Source: Nitrospirota bacterium
GTDB taxonomy: Bacteria > Nitrospirota > UBA9217
Assembly (NCBI GenBank): GCA_963663225.1
Contig: OY760142.1
Coordinates: 1,440,001 to 1,504,000 of the forward strand
DNA length: 64,000 nucleotides
Reading direction: 5' to 3'
Positions 1 to 9,368 of the stretch are shown here, one piece after another. The notes under the pieces were generated by a model. The model had not been told where the DNA came from, made no database searches, and saw only the letters and a program-made list of their open reading frames with translations. Within the stretch, counting starts at the first letter, position 1; each line of letters opens with the position of its first letter. Both the position numbers and the translations under genes were made by a program.

Positions 1-391
1 TTGAAGGGTTTGCTTTCCAGATAAACGGCCATAAAAAAGGGTCTTTGAGAAAAGAACCTGAAATGTCCCAGAGCGTATCTCCCCTCTTAACGGTATAATA
101 AGTAGTTTTTTCTTTTATTGGAGGTGTTGGCGTTTCTTCCGACTCTGTTGGTTGAGTATCTTTTTCATTTACAACAGCTTCTGGATTGGTCTTTTGATTT
201 TCAATTTCAGCGGCAGTCGCATCATCAGGGGTAATCAACTGCCCTGATTGTTGCGGTGCAGATTCAGCAGCGGGCGTCTCCGGCTGTTGTGCGGGTGGTG
301 TCTGCTCCTGCAGATGGGCTGTGCCGGGAATGAGCATAAGAATAAAAAAAACACCTGCCGCAAGGTTGATGATTTTCTTGTGAATGGTCAT
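1..391 (-). CDS. LysM peptidoglycan-binding domain protein, secreted (runs off the window start)
   Basis: Not in the ORF track. Read by hand on the minus strand: GGAGG RBS, ATG at 391, signal-peptide-like [28 protein letters not shown], a Pro/Ala/Gln/Glu linker, then in-frame [32 protein letters not shown] (LysM). Confidence 0.88.
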   Translation of the reverse strand, partial: MTIHKKIINLAAGVFFILMLIPGTAHLQEQTPPAQQPETPAAESAPQQSGQLITPDDATAAEIENQKTNPEAVVNEKDTQPTESEETPTPPIKEKTTYYTVKRGDTLWDISGSFLKDPFLWPFIWKANPS

Positions 392-597
392 TCTGGCCTC
401 CAGACTTTTATTGCCGACGTGGCAGAAGAATGAAGCTGGGAAATTCTGCGCACCGTTTTCTGATGAAACCTGCACGCTCGAAAAAATACACAATATAGCG
501 CGGCTTATTTTGGAGTAAAGATATACGAGAAACCTCTTGTTTGTCAAGAGAATAAATCTTTCGGGGCGCAACCAACCCTTGCTTTTGAAGAGGGATT

Positions 598-2796
598 TTG
601 GTATGCTTTCTTGCCGTGAAAAAGAACAGCAACATAAGTGCCAGCGGATGGAGGCGCGTATTTTACCTCGTTATTTTCCTCGCCGTAACGGGGATTGCTA
701 CGGCGCTCCAGCTTGAATATCGGGGTTTCCAGGGGCCTCTCTCCGATAATATTCTCATTCTTATTCTTATCAATGCCGATCTGCTTCTGCTGGCGGCTGT
801 CATCTTTATGATGGCGCGGAGTTTGTGGAAGCTCTGGGTGGAGCGAAAGCAGGGGGTGCTGGGCGCCCGTTTTCGGACGAAATTGGTCACCGCTTTTGTC
901 AGCCTGTCGTTTATCCCGCCAGTCCTCCTGTTCTTTATCGGAAGCGGCATGTTCACCAGCAGCATCGAGCGGCTTTTTACACTCAGAATCGAGAGTGCGC
1001 TTAAAGACTCCGTTGTCGTCACCGAGGAATACTACAACAGACTGCAGAATGATGCGCTGATCTTCGGCAAGCAAATCAGCAGGCAAATGACGGAAACCGG
1101 ACTTGTCAACAGGGTTGAAAACCAAGTCCTGAAAGACTATCTGAGCAAGAAGGTCTCAGAATATAATCTTGATTCTGCGGAACTTTTTTCAGCACCCCGC
1201 GAGAAAATGGTGACCGTCGTTACCGGCCAGTACCCTGCAAAGGCTTTTGTGGCTACGCCTGTTGACCTAAGAGAACAAGCTTTTTCCGGAAAAGAGGCTG
1301 TAGAGGCGGCAACATCGGGAAAGAAAGCGGCTATTATGCGTGCCGTATTGCCGGTTTACGATCCCGAGGTGAAAAATCAGGTTGCCGCGGTCCTCGCGGT
1401 TACGTATTATATCCCGCCCAGCCTCGCTATTAAAACAGAGGAGGTCAAGGAAGGATACACACAATACCGATCAGCGTTTAAGAGCAAAGAACCAATCAAA
1501 CTGGCTTACCGGCTCGGATTTCTTGCTATAACGCTGGCGCTTTTGCTGGCGGCGATCTGGGTATCGCTGCGCGTTGCCGCCGGCATTACCGGTCCCATTA
1601 AAAAACTTGCGGAAGGCACTGCTGCTGTGGCAGCCGGCAAGCTTGATTATAAAGTAGACGAGGCCTCCGGAGACGAAGTGGGGATTCTTGTCGACTCGTT
1701 TAACCGGATGACCAGCGAGCTGAAAAACTCCCGGGAGCAGCTTGAGCAGGAAGGCAACTATAAAAAAACGATACTCGCGAACATTGATACCGGGGTTGTT
1801 TCTATTGACCGTGCTGGCAGGATTACAACGGTGAACCAATCGGCATCGGAAATGCTGGATGTCCTGGAGCAGGACGCACTCGGCAAGCGATATGATGAAG
1901 TTTTCGGTTTTGTCGAGCTGGGGCCAATCCGGAACCTGTTCCGCAAGCTTGAGCAAGGAGAGGGAAAAAGCGCAGAGGAGCTATCACTGAATGTACGGGG
2001 CCGCGTGCTGACGGTCAGTATACGGTTTTCCACGTTACGGGACGGGAGCGGCACGCCTATCGGGACCCTTATTACCTTTGACGACCTTACGGAGCTGCTC
2101 CGCGCGAAAAAGGCCGAGACCTGGCAGGATGTTGCGCGAAGCATTGCTCATGAGTTCAAAAACCCGCTTACGCCGATCAAGCTTTCTGCCGAGCGATTAC
2201 GCAAGAAGCACACCGAAAAGTCCCCTGATTTCGACAGGGTTTTTGAAGAATGCAGCAAAACGATCATTCAGGAAGCGGACGGACTGCGAAAACTGGTTGA
2301 TGAATTCGCGAATTTCGCGCGAATGCCGAGCTCGAATCCAACGCTTCAACCCCTTGCACCGGTGCTGGAAAACGTCGTCCAGCTTTATGCAGGAGCGCAC
2401 AAGGACATAATTTTTCATGAAGAGATTCCCGCCGATTTGCCGGATGTTTTTCTTGACCGGGAGCAGATCAAACGGGTTTTTATCAATCTTTTTGAGAACG
2501 CGGTAGAGGCGATGAGCGGAAAGGGCGGGCTCTCGATTTCTGTGAGGATGACAGCAAGCAATATGCTGCAGATTGACGTTGCTGATGAAGGCCCGGGCAT
2601 ATCGGCGGAGGACGTGCCTAAACTGTTTCAGCCTGATTTCTCGCGAAAAAAGAAAAAAAGCGGCTTGGGGCTTGCTATTGTGCTCAGAATTATCAAGGAT
2701 CATGGCGGTACCATCCGCGTGGAAAAAAACAGCCCCCAGGGGGCTCGATTTGTCATGGAATTACCGGTAAAAAAGGGACACGTGATTTCCGGCTGA
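598..2796 (+). CDS. NtrY-like membrane sensor histidine kinase (TM-HAMP-PAS-HisKA-HATPase)
   Basis: N-terminal TMs with [13 protein letters not shown] ([13 protein letters not shown]), H-box [27 protein letters not shown]-box NLFENA, DEGPG, GLGL. The start may be GTG at 616. Confidence 0.9.
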   Translation: MVCFLAVKKNSNISASGWRRVFYLVIFLAVTGIATALQLEYRGFQGPLSDNILILILINADLLLLAAVIFMMARSLWKLWVERKQGVLGARFRTKLVTAFVSLSFIPPVLLFFIGSGMFTSSIERLFTLRIESALKDSVVVTEEYYNRLQNDALIFGKQISRQMTETGLVNRVENQVLKDYLSKKVSEYNLDSAELFSAPREKMVTVVTGQYPAKAFVATPVDLREQAFSGKEAVEAATSGKKAAIMRAVLPVYDPEVKNQVAAVLAVTYYIPPSLAIKTEEVKEGYTQYRSAFKSKEPIKLAYRLGFLAITLALLLAAIWVSLRVAAGITGPIKKLAEGTAAVAAGKLDYKVDEASGDEVGILVDSFNRMTSELKNSREQLEQEGNYKKTILANIDTGVVSIDRAGRITTVNQSASEMLDVLEQDALGKRYDEVFGFVELGPIRNLFRKLEQGEGKSAEELSLNVRGRVLTVSIRFSTLRDGSGTPIGTLITFDDLTELLRAKKAETWQDVARSIAHEFKNPLTPIKLSAERLRKKHTEKSPDFDRVFEECSKTIIQEADGLRKLVDEFANFARMPSSNPTLQPLAPVLENVVQLYAGAHKDIIFHEEIPADLPDVFLDREQIKRVFINLFENAVEAMSGKGGLSISVRMTASNMLQIDVADEGPGISAEDVPKLFQPDFSRKKKKSGLGLAIVLRIIKDHGGTIRVEKNSPQGARFVMELPVKKGHVISG

Positions 2797-2845
2797 AACA
2801 AAAATTTCGGCGGAATGATCGTGATTACGCGCATGGAGGCCTGCT

Positions 2846-3214
2846 TTGGACACTGCATCGACAATACTACTGGTTGTTATTGGTGGATACCTGGCGTTTA
2901 GACTATTCGGCTTACTGGGCCGATGGGGCGTTAAGCAGATTTCACCAAAGGAGCTTGATTCGAAAAAAGGGATAGTGCTTCTCGATGTCAGGACAGACAA
3001 GGAATATGCAAATGGGCATATTCCCGGTTCAGTTCATGTACCGCTTGCCGACATCGGAGATAAAATCAAAAAACTGAAGAAGGACAAAGAGCTTGTGGTT
3101 TATGATCAGACGGGGCATAAAAGCATCTGGGCAATCAAACGGCTGATGGGAATGGGCTACAAGAACCTTTATAATCTGAAGGGCGGATACAGTGCCTGGA
3201 AGAGAACGCATTAA
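2846..3214 (+). CDS. Membrane-anchored rhodanese-like domain protein (active-site Cys replaced by Asp)
   Basis: LLDVRTDKEY..GHIPGS, NLKGGYSAW; the active loop reads YDQTGHKS. Confidence 0.85.
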   Translation: MDTASTILLVVIGGYLAFRLFGLLGRWGVKQISPKELDSKKGIVLLDVRTDKEYANGHIPGSVHVPLADIGDKIKKLKKDKELVVYDQTGHKSIWAIKRLMGMGYKNLYNLKGGYSAWKRTH

Positions 3215-3845
3215 CGATCTGAAGCGGGACTATCGAAAAAAAAAGCCGCTGATCGTAAAACGGCTGAACGAGTTCCGCACTGTATACGAACAGGGTGACC
3301 GTGCAATTTTTGAGGAACTCTGCTATTGTATTTTAACAGCCGGCAGCAGCGCCAGGATGGGCATGCGCACGGTGGCCGCATTACGCGATATTCTGCTTAC
3401 CGGAAGCCTGCAGGACCTCCAGCAACGGGCACATGACAATCGTGTGCGATTTTGGCGCATACGCCCTTTCTACATTGTCCAGACCCGGGATTTTATCAAA
3501 AAAAATTATGGATTGAAATTAAAGAGGCTGGTTGATTCCTTTGACTGCAGGCACGCCCGGCGTGATTTTTTTGCGAAAAGCAAGGAAATTAAAGGACTAG
3601 GATATAAGGAGGCAAGCCATTTTCTCAGAAACATAGGCTTTCCAGGATACGCCATTCTGGATAAACACATTCTGAACAGTCTTAGAGATCTGGGCGTGAT
3701 CAGCAGGCAGGTACCGCCTGCAAGCAGAAAAGACTATCTGGCTATTGAGGAGCGACTGGCGCATTTTGCAGAAGAGATAGGGATTGATATGGATCATCTC
3801 GATCTGCTGTTGTGGTCCCGCAAAACGGGTGAAATACTAAAGTGA
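3192..3845 (+). CDS. ogg: 8-oxoguanine DNA glycosylase/AP lyase (OGG2 type, HhH)
   Basis: FEELCYCILTA, HhH motif IKGLGYKEASHFLRNIG, AILDKH, C-terminal LDLLLW...GEILK. Confidence 0.88.
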   Translation: MPGRERINDLKRDYRKKKPLIVKRLNEFRTVYEQGDRAIFEELCYCILTAGSSARMGMRTVAALRDILLTGSLQDLQQRAHDNRVRFWRIRPFYIVQTRDFIKKNYGLKLKRLVDSFDCRHARRDFFAKSKEIKGLGYKEASHFLRNIGFPGYAILDKHILNSLRDLGVISRQVPPASRKDYLAIEERLAHFAEEIGIDMDHLDLLLWSRKTGEILK

Positions 3846-4100
3846 AGACAGTACGATGTGAAAAGTAAAATAGGAGGGAACCAAACTCTGTCTTTTTTCT
3901 GCGTAAGGCGATGCTTATTATTCATATAAATTTTATTACATTTATTATAATTAATAATTTATGTTATATTGATTAGATTGTCATTGAAAACAAGCATAAA
4001 GATTGTTTATTTTTGCCTACCATAATCTAGGTTATATATTCATGTAGTATTCCTCAAAACAACCGTTCTGTAATCAAAGAAAAAACATTCTCAAAACTGC

Positions 4101-4116
4101 TGGCACATTCCTTGCA
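4101..4116 (+). promoter_or_regulatory. sigma54 (-24/-12) promoter
   Basis: TGGCAC-ATTCC-TTGCA, an exact consensus with correct spacing, downstream of an AT-rich tract. Confidence 0.75.
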
Positions 4117-4307
4117 AAAATATAAGCTTACGTAGTTATGTAGTTATAGCGATCATTCTTGCTCACTAGTTTTTATTCATAGTATAAAACGCTGAAACGT
4201 GAACGAACAATTCAAGATTAGATAAAGGAGGGGTGGAATTCTAAGGAAACTGCACGGTATTTGCTAATCATATGTTGTATGCTGTTAAGATAGTAATGTT
4301 TTTTTTA

Positions 4308-4336
4308 TTGACAAGCACCATGGCATCTGATATACA
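4308..4336 (+). promoter_or_regulatory. sigma70-type promoter for the ligase/lyase operon
   Basis: TTGACA-N17-TATACA, about 50 nt before the AGGAGG RBS of the gene at 4384. Confidence 0.55.
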
Positions 4337-4383
4337 CATTAAGTTGAAGTAGGTATTAAATTTATAGCCTTTAGGAGGAGGTT

Positions 4384-5637
4384 ATGGCTCGATTACATGA
4401 GCATGAAGGTAAGGAGTTGTTCAAGATTGCCAAGATGCCGATTCCCCAGGGTGGAGTAGCAAAAACACCCGAAGAGGCCAGGAAAATCGCGGAGAAGATT
4501 GGAAAACCCGTGGTGATCAAGGTCCAGATCTGGGCAGGAGGTCGTGGTAAGGCAGGCGGTGTGAAATTTGCTGACACGCCGCAAGAAGCGGAAAAAATAG
4601 CTGCATCGCTGCTGGGCATGACGATCAAAGGCCTGTTTGTTGAAAAGGTCTTGGTTGAAGAGAAACTCGCAATTGAGAAAGAATACTATGCCGGTATCAT
4701 TGTCAATGCGCAGGCGGATGCGCGCTGCCCCGTGGTGATGTTCTCCACGGAAGGTGGTATGGACATTGAGTCAGTTCCTAATGACAAGATTGCTCTCTTC
4801 AATGTTGATGTTGTACGGGGCTTCAAAATCTACGACGCCCTGAATCTCGCCAATAAACTCAAAGTTCCCAGTCAGTATATTACCCAAGTTGCAAAACTCA
4901 TTGTAGGCTTGTACGATACATTCAAAAACTACGGCGCCAGATTGATCGAAATCAACCCCATGGTCATTACAAAAGACGGAAAGGTGCTCGCAGGCGACTG
5001 CCGTCTTTCGATTGACGATTCCTCGGCTATTCGCCATCCGGAATTGGGAATTGAGGTTGCCCGTGAATCATCAACGCCTCCAACAGAACTTGATAAAATT
5101 GCATGGTGGGTGGAAGAGAAGGATCTGCGCGGTACCTGCTATTTTGCAGAAATGAATAACCAGCTCAAGGGCGAGGTGTTCGGCACGATCGGATACCATG
5201 GCATGGGTGGTGGCGGTGCCATGCTCGGTGTCGATGGTCTTAACAGGCAAGGGTTGCGGGTTCCTGACTTTGCAGATACAAGCGGAAATCCGCCGGCCTC
5301 CAAAGTGTATCGCGCAGCCAAACTGGTCTTCTCCCAGCCGGGAATTGACGGGTACATGCTCGGCGGTTTCATGGCGGCCAACCAGGAACAGTGGCATCAC
5401 GCACATGGAGTTGTAAAAGCGTTGCGTGAGGAGCTTCCCAAGCGTCCCGGTTTCCCCGTCCTTCTTCTTCTCGCGGGAAACAAAGAGAAAGAATCTCTTG
5501 AAATTCTGAGAGAAGGGACGAAGGATCTTAACGCCAGAATCCGCATTTACGGCGGCGACCGCGTGTACGATACCGTTGGGCTTGCAGCTGAGATGAAAGA
5601 AATGGTTCTCGAATACAAGAAGGAAAGAAAAGGGTAA
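4384..5637 (+). CDS. ADP-forming acyl-CoA ligase beta subunit (succinyl-/malyl-/citryl-CoA synthetase family, ATP-grasp)
   Basis: LHEHEGKELF, VIKVQIWAGGRGKAGGV, STEGGMDIE, IEINP. The C-terminal domain (GMGGGGAM..DTSGNP) differs from canonical SucC. Confidence 0.85.
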   Translation: MARLHEHEGKELFKIAKMPIPQGGVAKTPEEARKIAEKIGKPVVIKVQIWAGGRGKAGGVKFADTPQEAEKIAASLLGMTIKGLFVEKVLVEEKLAIEKEYYAGIIVNAQADARCPVVMFSTEGGMDIESVPNDKIALFNVDVVRGFKIYDALNLANKLKVPSQYITQVAKLIVGLYDTFKNYGARLIEINPMVITKDGKVLAGDCRLSIDDSSAIRHPELGIEVARESSTPPTELDKIAWWVEEKDLRGTCYFAEMNNQLKGEVFGTIGYHGMGGGGAMLGVDGLNRQGLRVPDFADTSGNPPASKVYRAAKLVFSQPGIDGYMLGGFMAANQEQWHHAHGVVKALREELPKRPGFPVLLLLAGNKEKESLEILREGTKDLNARIRIYGGDRVYDTVGLAAEMKEMVLEYKKERKG

Positions 5638-5649
5638 AGGAGGCTGCCC

Positions 5650-5931
5650 ATGCAGGAGTTTCAGGAACAGACAATTAAGATCACCATTGATGAAAGTAAG
5701 TGCAAGCAGTGTGAATCGAAGGCCTGTATAGCGGCCTGTAAGGCCTATGCTCGGGGAATGCTGGTTCTTAAAGACGGCGTTCATCCGGTTGTGGAAGGGG
5801 ATGCCAAGCGTCTCGGAACTGAGTGTTTGGCTTGTGAGTATGAGTGCTGGTTCAGGGGGAAAAAGGCTATCAAGATAGAAGCGCCAACTCCAGGACTGGA
5901 AGAATACCGTAAGAAACACGGAATATCCTAA
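5650..5931 (+). CDS. Small 4Fe-4S ferredoxin-like protein
   Basis: IDESKCKQCESKACIAAC and CLACEYEC Cys clusters; AGGAGG RBS. Confidence 0.8.
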   Translation: MQEFQEQTIKITIDESKCKQCESKACIAACKAYARGMLVLKDGVHPVVEGDAKRLGTECLACEYECWFRGKKAIKIEAPTPGLEEYRKKHGIS

Positions 5932-5948
5932 AAGAAGGTGGTGCATAT

Positions 5949-6863
5949 ATGGCTATCTTGCTGACAAAAACAACGAAAGTCGTAGTTCAGGGGATCACGG
6001 GAAGAGAAGGCTCAATGAGAGCCAAGTTCATGCGGCGCCTCGGGACAAACGTCGTTGCCGGTGTTACGCCGGGACGCGGCGGTGAGGAAGTCGACGGAAT
6101 CCCCGTATATAATACAGTAAAAGATGCAGTAAAAAATCACGGTCTTTTCGATGTGTCGGTTACCTTTATTCCGGGAACAGGACTGAAGGATGCTGTTTGT
6201 GAGGCGCTGGATGCCGACATAAAGTGGATCGTTATGCCGGTTGAGCGTGTTCCGCTTTATGATATCCTGGAAATGGTGGCCTATGGAAAACAGAAGGGTG
6301 CAATGCTTCTGGGACCCGGCTCTATCGGTGTCAACACCCCGGGCGTAGGAGCGCTGGGTTGGCTGGGCGGTTCTGTTGAATTTGCCAACAAGCACTTCGT
6401 TCCAGGACATGTCGGCGTTATTTCCCGCAGCGGCGGTCAGTCCGGCACGCTTCCGTACGTGATTGCCAAGGCCGGCTTCGGTGTGAGCACTGTTATTCAC
6501 GTCGGGACTGAACCGGTAACAGGAATGTCCTTCTCAGATATTCTGCCTCTGTTCCAAGAAGATACTGAGACGGATGCCGTTGCAATATTCGGTGAAATGG
6601 GCGGTTCTCATGAAGAGGAAGCAGCCCAGTTGGTGAAATCAGGAAAATTCACTAAACCGATCATGATTTATGTATCAGGCGCTTGGGCACCGGCGGGAAT
6701 GAAATTCTCCCATGCCAGCGCTATCGTGGAGCGCGGCAGCGGATCAACAGCCGACAAAATCACGCGCCTCAAGGAAGCAGGAATTATCGTGGTGGATAAT
6801 CCTATCGAAATTCCGGCACACCTTGTGGAGCTGAAAAAGCAGGGAAAATTGAGAGTAAAATAA
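5949..6863 (+). CDS. ADP-forming acyl-CoA ligase alpha subunit (SucD-like, CoA-binding)
   Basis: VVVQGITGREG, VAGVTPGRGG, VISRSGG, GEMGG, phospho-His loop FSHASAI. Confidence 0.88.
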   Translation: MAILLTKTTKVVVQGITGREGSMRAKFMRRLGTNVVAGVTPGRGGEEVDGIPVYNTVKDAVKNHGLFDVSVTFIPGTGLKDAVCEALDADIKWIVMPVERVPLYDILEMVAYGKQKGAMLLGPGSIGVNTPGVGALGWLGGSVEFANKHFVPGHVGVISRSGGQSGTLPYVIAKAGFGVSTVIHVGTEPVTGMSFSDILPLFQEDTETDAVAIFGEMGGSHEEEAAQLVKSGKFTKPIMIYVSGAWAPAGMKFSHASAIVERGSGSTADKITRLKEAGIIVVDNPIEIPAHLVELKKQGKLRVK

Positions 6864-6900
6864 TCCGTACTATTTTCACAAAGAGGAAAGGAGAACTACT

Positions 6901-7797
6901 ATGCCTGTAATGAGATCAGTTTTTTATGTTCCGGGTAACAATGAAAAATTTGTCAGCAAGGCGTCGGAAATTCCCGCGGATATCATCACGCTGGACTTGG
7001 AAGATTCCGTTCCCCCGGCAGAAAAAGTAAAAGCCCGCGAGATGGTGAGAGAGAATCTTAAGAACGCAGGAAAAGGCGGAGCAAAGGTTTTCTCCCGCAT
7101 CAACAACTGGGAAACCCTGTTAACGAATGATGACCTTGAAGCAATCGTTCATGAAGGGCTTGATGGCGTTTGCCTGGCCAAGGCAGGTCATCCTGATGAT
7201 ATCAAACGCTTGGATTGGAAGCTTGAAGAGCTCGAAAGACGCCGCAATCTGCCTGTGGGCGGCATCCAAGTTCAGCTTCTCATCGAAACCGCAAAGGGCA
7301 TGATCAATGCCTACGGTTCAGCTACCGCCAGCAAACGTATCGTCGGACTTATTTTCGGCGCCGTCGACTACTGCAAAGATATGCGTGTAAACCTGACCAC
7401 GGAAGCGACCGAGCAGCTGTATGGCCGTTACTATACCGCTGTTGCAGCGCGCGCAGCCGGTGTTATTGCCATCGACTGTCCTTTTGTTGACTTCAGCAAT
7501 GTGGCAGCTTTCGAGAAGAGCGTCATGGAAGGCAAACAGATGGGTTATGAAGGCCGCATGCTGATCCATCCCAGCCAGGTTGAACCCTCCAACCGTCTCT
7601 ACAAGCCTTCACCGGAGCAGGTTGAATGGGCTGCCGGCGTTGTGAAGGTCTTCGAAGAAGAAGCGATCGCAAAAGGTAAGGCTGCCGTTTCCTACAAAGG
7701 GAAAATGGTGGACATCCCGGTTTACGACAACGCCCGCATTATTCTTCAGCAGATGAGCGAGATTAATGCATTTGAAGCAAAGCGCAACAAGAAATAA
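6901..7797 (+). CDS. CitE/HpcH-family CoA-ester lyase (malyl-/citramalyl-/citryl-CoA lyase-like)
   Basis: RSVFYVPGNN, LDLEDSV, RIN, LIETAKG, FGAVD, LIHPSQV. Confidence 0.88.
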   Translation: MPVMRSVFYVPGNNEKFVSKASEIPADIITLDLEDSVPPAEKVKAREMVRENLKNAGKGGAKVFSRINNWETLLTNDDLEAIVHEGLDGVCLAKAGHPDDIKRLDWKLEELERRRNLPVGGIQVQLLIETAKGMINAYGSATASKRIVGLIFGAVDYCKDMRVNLTTEATEQLYGRYYTAVAARAAGVIAIDCPFVDFSNVAAFEKSVMEGKQMGYEGRMLIHPSQVEPSNRLYKPSPEQVEWAAGVVKVFEEEAIAKGKAAVSYKGKMVDIPVYDNARIILQQMSEINAFEAKRNKK

Positions 7798-7809
7798 ATA
7801 AAACCAGAC

Positions 7810-7864
7810 AGGCTGCTTTTTGACTACTTTCAACAAAGATAGTGCAAAAAGCAGCCTTTTTTTT
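7810..7864 (+). terminator. Intrinsic terminator (long hairpin plus T8)
   Basis: AGGCTGCTTTTTG...CAAAAAGCAGCCT followed by a T run. Confidence 0.8.
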
Positions 7865-7874
7865 GAGTTTTATC

Positions 7875-8780
7875 ATGAAAATTATTTTGGTAGGACAAGG
7901 GCCTTTCGGTGAAAAAGTTTTAGAGGCCCTGATAAAAAGCAAAGAAGAAATAGTTGCATCTTTTTCTCCCGCAGACAAAAGGGGAGAGGGGATGCATATC
8001 GTGGCTGAAAAAGCGGGGATTTCCTCTTTTCGTCCGAAAGCCATGAAAGATCCGGGTGTTTACGATCTGTTTGTTAAACTGCAGCCGGATGTAGTCGCCC
8101 TCGCTTTTGTTACGGAGATTATTCCTGAAACACTGCTTACTGTACCTGTCTTAGGAAGCATTTGCTATCATCCCTCTCTTTTACCGAGGCATCGCGGAGC
8201 GAGCGCCATTAATTGGTCTATTATTCAGGGTGATACACGAACAGGTCTGACGGTCTTCTGGGTTGACAAGGGTATAGACACCGGCCCGATCCTGCTGCAA
8301 AAGGAAATTGATATCGGTCCGGATGACACGACAGGATCGTTGTATTTTAACAAACTATTCTCCATGGGCGTGGATGCCATGGCAGAGTCCATTGCGCTCA
8401 TTAAAAGCGGGCAAGCTCAAAAAATTCGGCAGGATGAATCCCTGGCCACCTACGAACCCCCGTGTGATGATAAGGTCGCGCAGATAGATTTTAAAAAGCC
8501 CATCGATGAAATCTATAACCTGATTCGTGGATGTGATCCCCAACCGGGTGCCTATGTTGTTTTTGAAGGAAAAAAAATAAGATTTTATGACACAAAAAAA
8601 AGTCCTCAAAAAACGGGCAAACAGCCGGGCGAAATTGTTTCAATCGACGATGCAGGACTCTCCATCGCTGTTAACGGCGGCTCTATAAAAGCTGGAAAAG
8701 TCAGAGTGGACAAGGGCGAAAAAGTAAACCCGATTGAATTTGCCCAAAAAATGAACCTGAAGCCCGGCGATCGTTTGTAA
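7875..8780 (+). CDS. Formyltransferase family protein (Fmt / 10-formyl-THF hydrolase-like)
   Basis: YHPSLLPRHRGASAINW, DKGIDTGP, YNLIRGCDPQPGA. These resemble the formyl-THF dehydrogenase N-terminal type more than canonical Fmt. Confidence 0.8.
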   Translation: MKIILVGQGPFGEKVLEALIKSKEEIVASFSPADKRGEGMHIVAEKAGISSFRPKAMKDPGVYDLFVKLQPDVVALAFVTEIIPETLLTVPVLGSICYHPSLLPRHRGASAINWSIIQGDTRTGLTVFWVDKGIDTGPILLQKEIDIGPDDTTGSLYFNKLFSMGVDAMAESIALIKSGQAQKIRQDESLATYEPPCDDKVAQIDFKKPIDEIYNLIRGCDPQPGAYVVFEGKKIRFYDTKKSPQKTGKQPGEIVSIDDAGLSIAVNGGSIKAGKVRVDKGEKVNPIEFAQKMNLKPGDRL

Positions 8781-8936
8781 CCTGAATTGAGTTTCCCGCT
8801 TATCAGAACCTTAGTAAATACATCCTCCAACCAACGTTTTAATCAAAACAAACCACATTGCTTTTCCATTGACAGCATCCAGCGTCTCAATTATATTTAG
8901 TTTAACAATCTAGCTTTTTTGAATATCGAGTACACT

Positions 8937-9326
8937 ATGGTCTGGCTGGCTATTACACTAGCAGGGTTGATACTGGTTGTTCTCCTCCTCAGTAACCGAA
9001 AGCAGCACACATTTCCCCCCAAGATAGACAGGCATGACAGTGATGACTGGAAATACGGCGATATCTGGAAACAGGATTCCCTGGATGAATCCGGCACTGA
9101 TCAGAGTCAAGAGTTTGTTCCGATACTTCGCGGTGAAACAGGTTGGGGGTATGATGATACTCTTATGAATGATTTTGTTCTGTACCTGGGATCAAAGGGC
9201 ATCCGTGCAAGCTATGACTCATTCCCGCTCGATCAGGTTAATGTATACGTGCTCAAAGTTGAAGTTGGAAAAGAGAATGAAGCGAGAAAAATATTACAAG
9301 ACAAATTTTCTGAGGAAGTCAAATAA
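8937..9326 (+). CDS. Hypothetical single-TM protein with a small C-terminal alpha/beta (DUF2007-like) domain
   Basis: Hydrophobic N-terminus; YLGSKGI...LKVEVGKENEARKIL pattern. Confidence 0.6.
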   Translation: MVWLAITLAGLILVVLLLSNRKQHTFPPKIDRHDSDDWKYGDIWKQDSLDESGTDQSQEFVPILRGETGWGYDDTLMNDFVLYLGSKGIRASYDSFPLDQVNVYVLKVEVGKENEARKILQDKFSEEVK

Positions 9327-9368
9327 ACTCGCAGCAAAAAGTATTTTGTTGCTGCCATTGGATTATTC

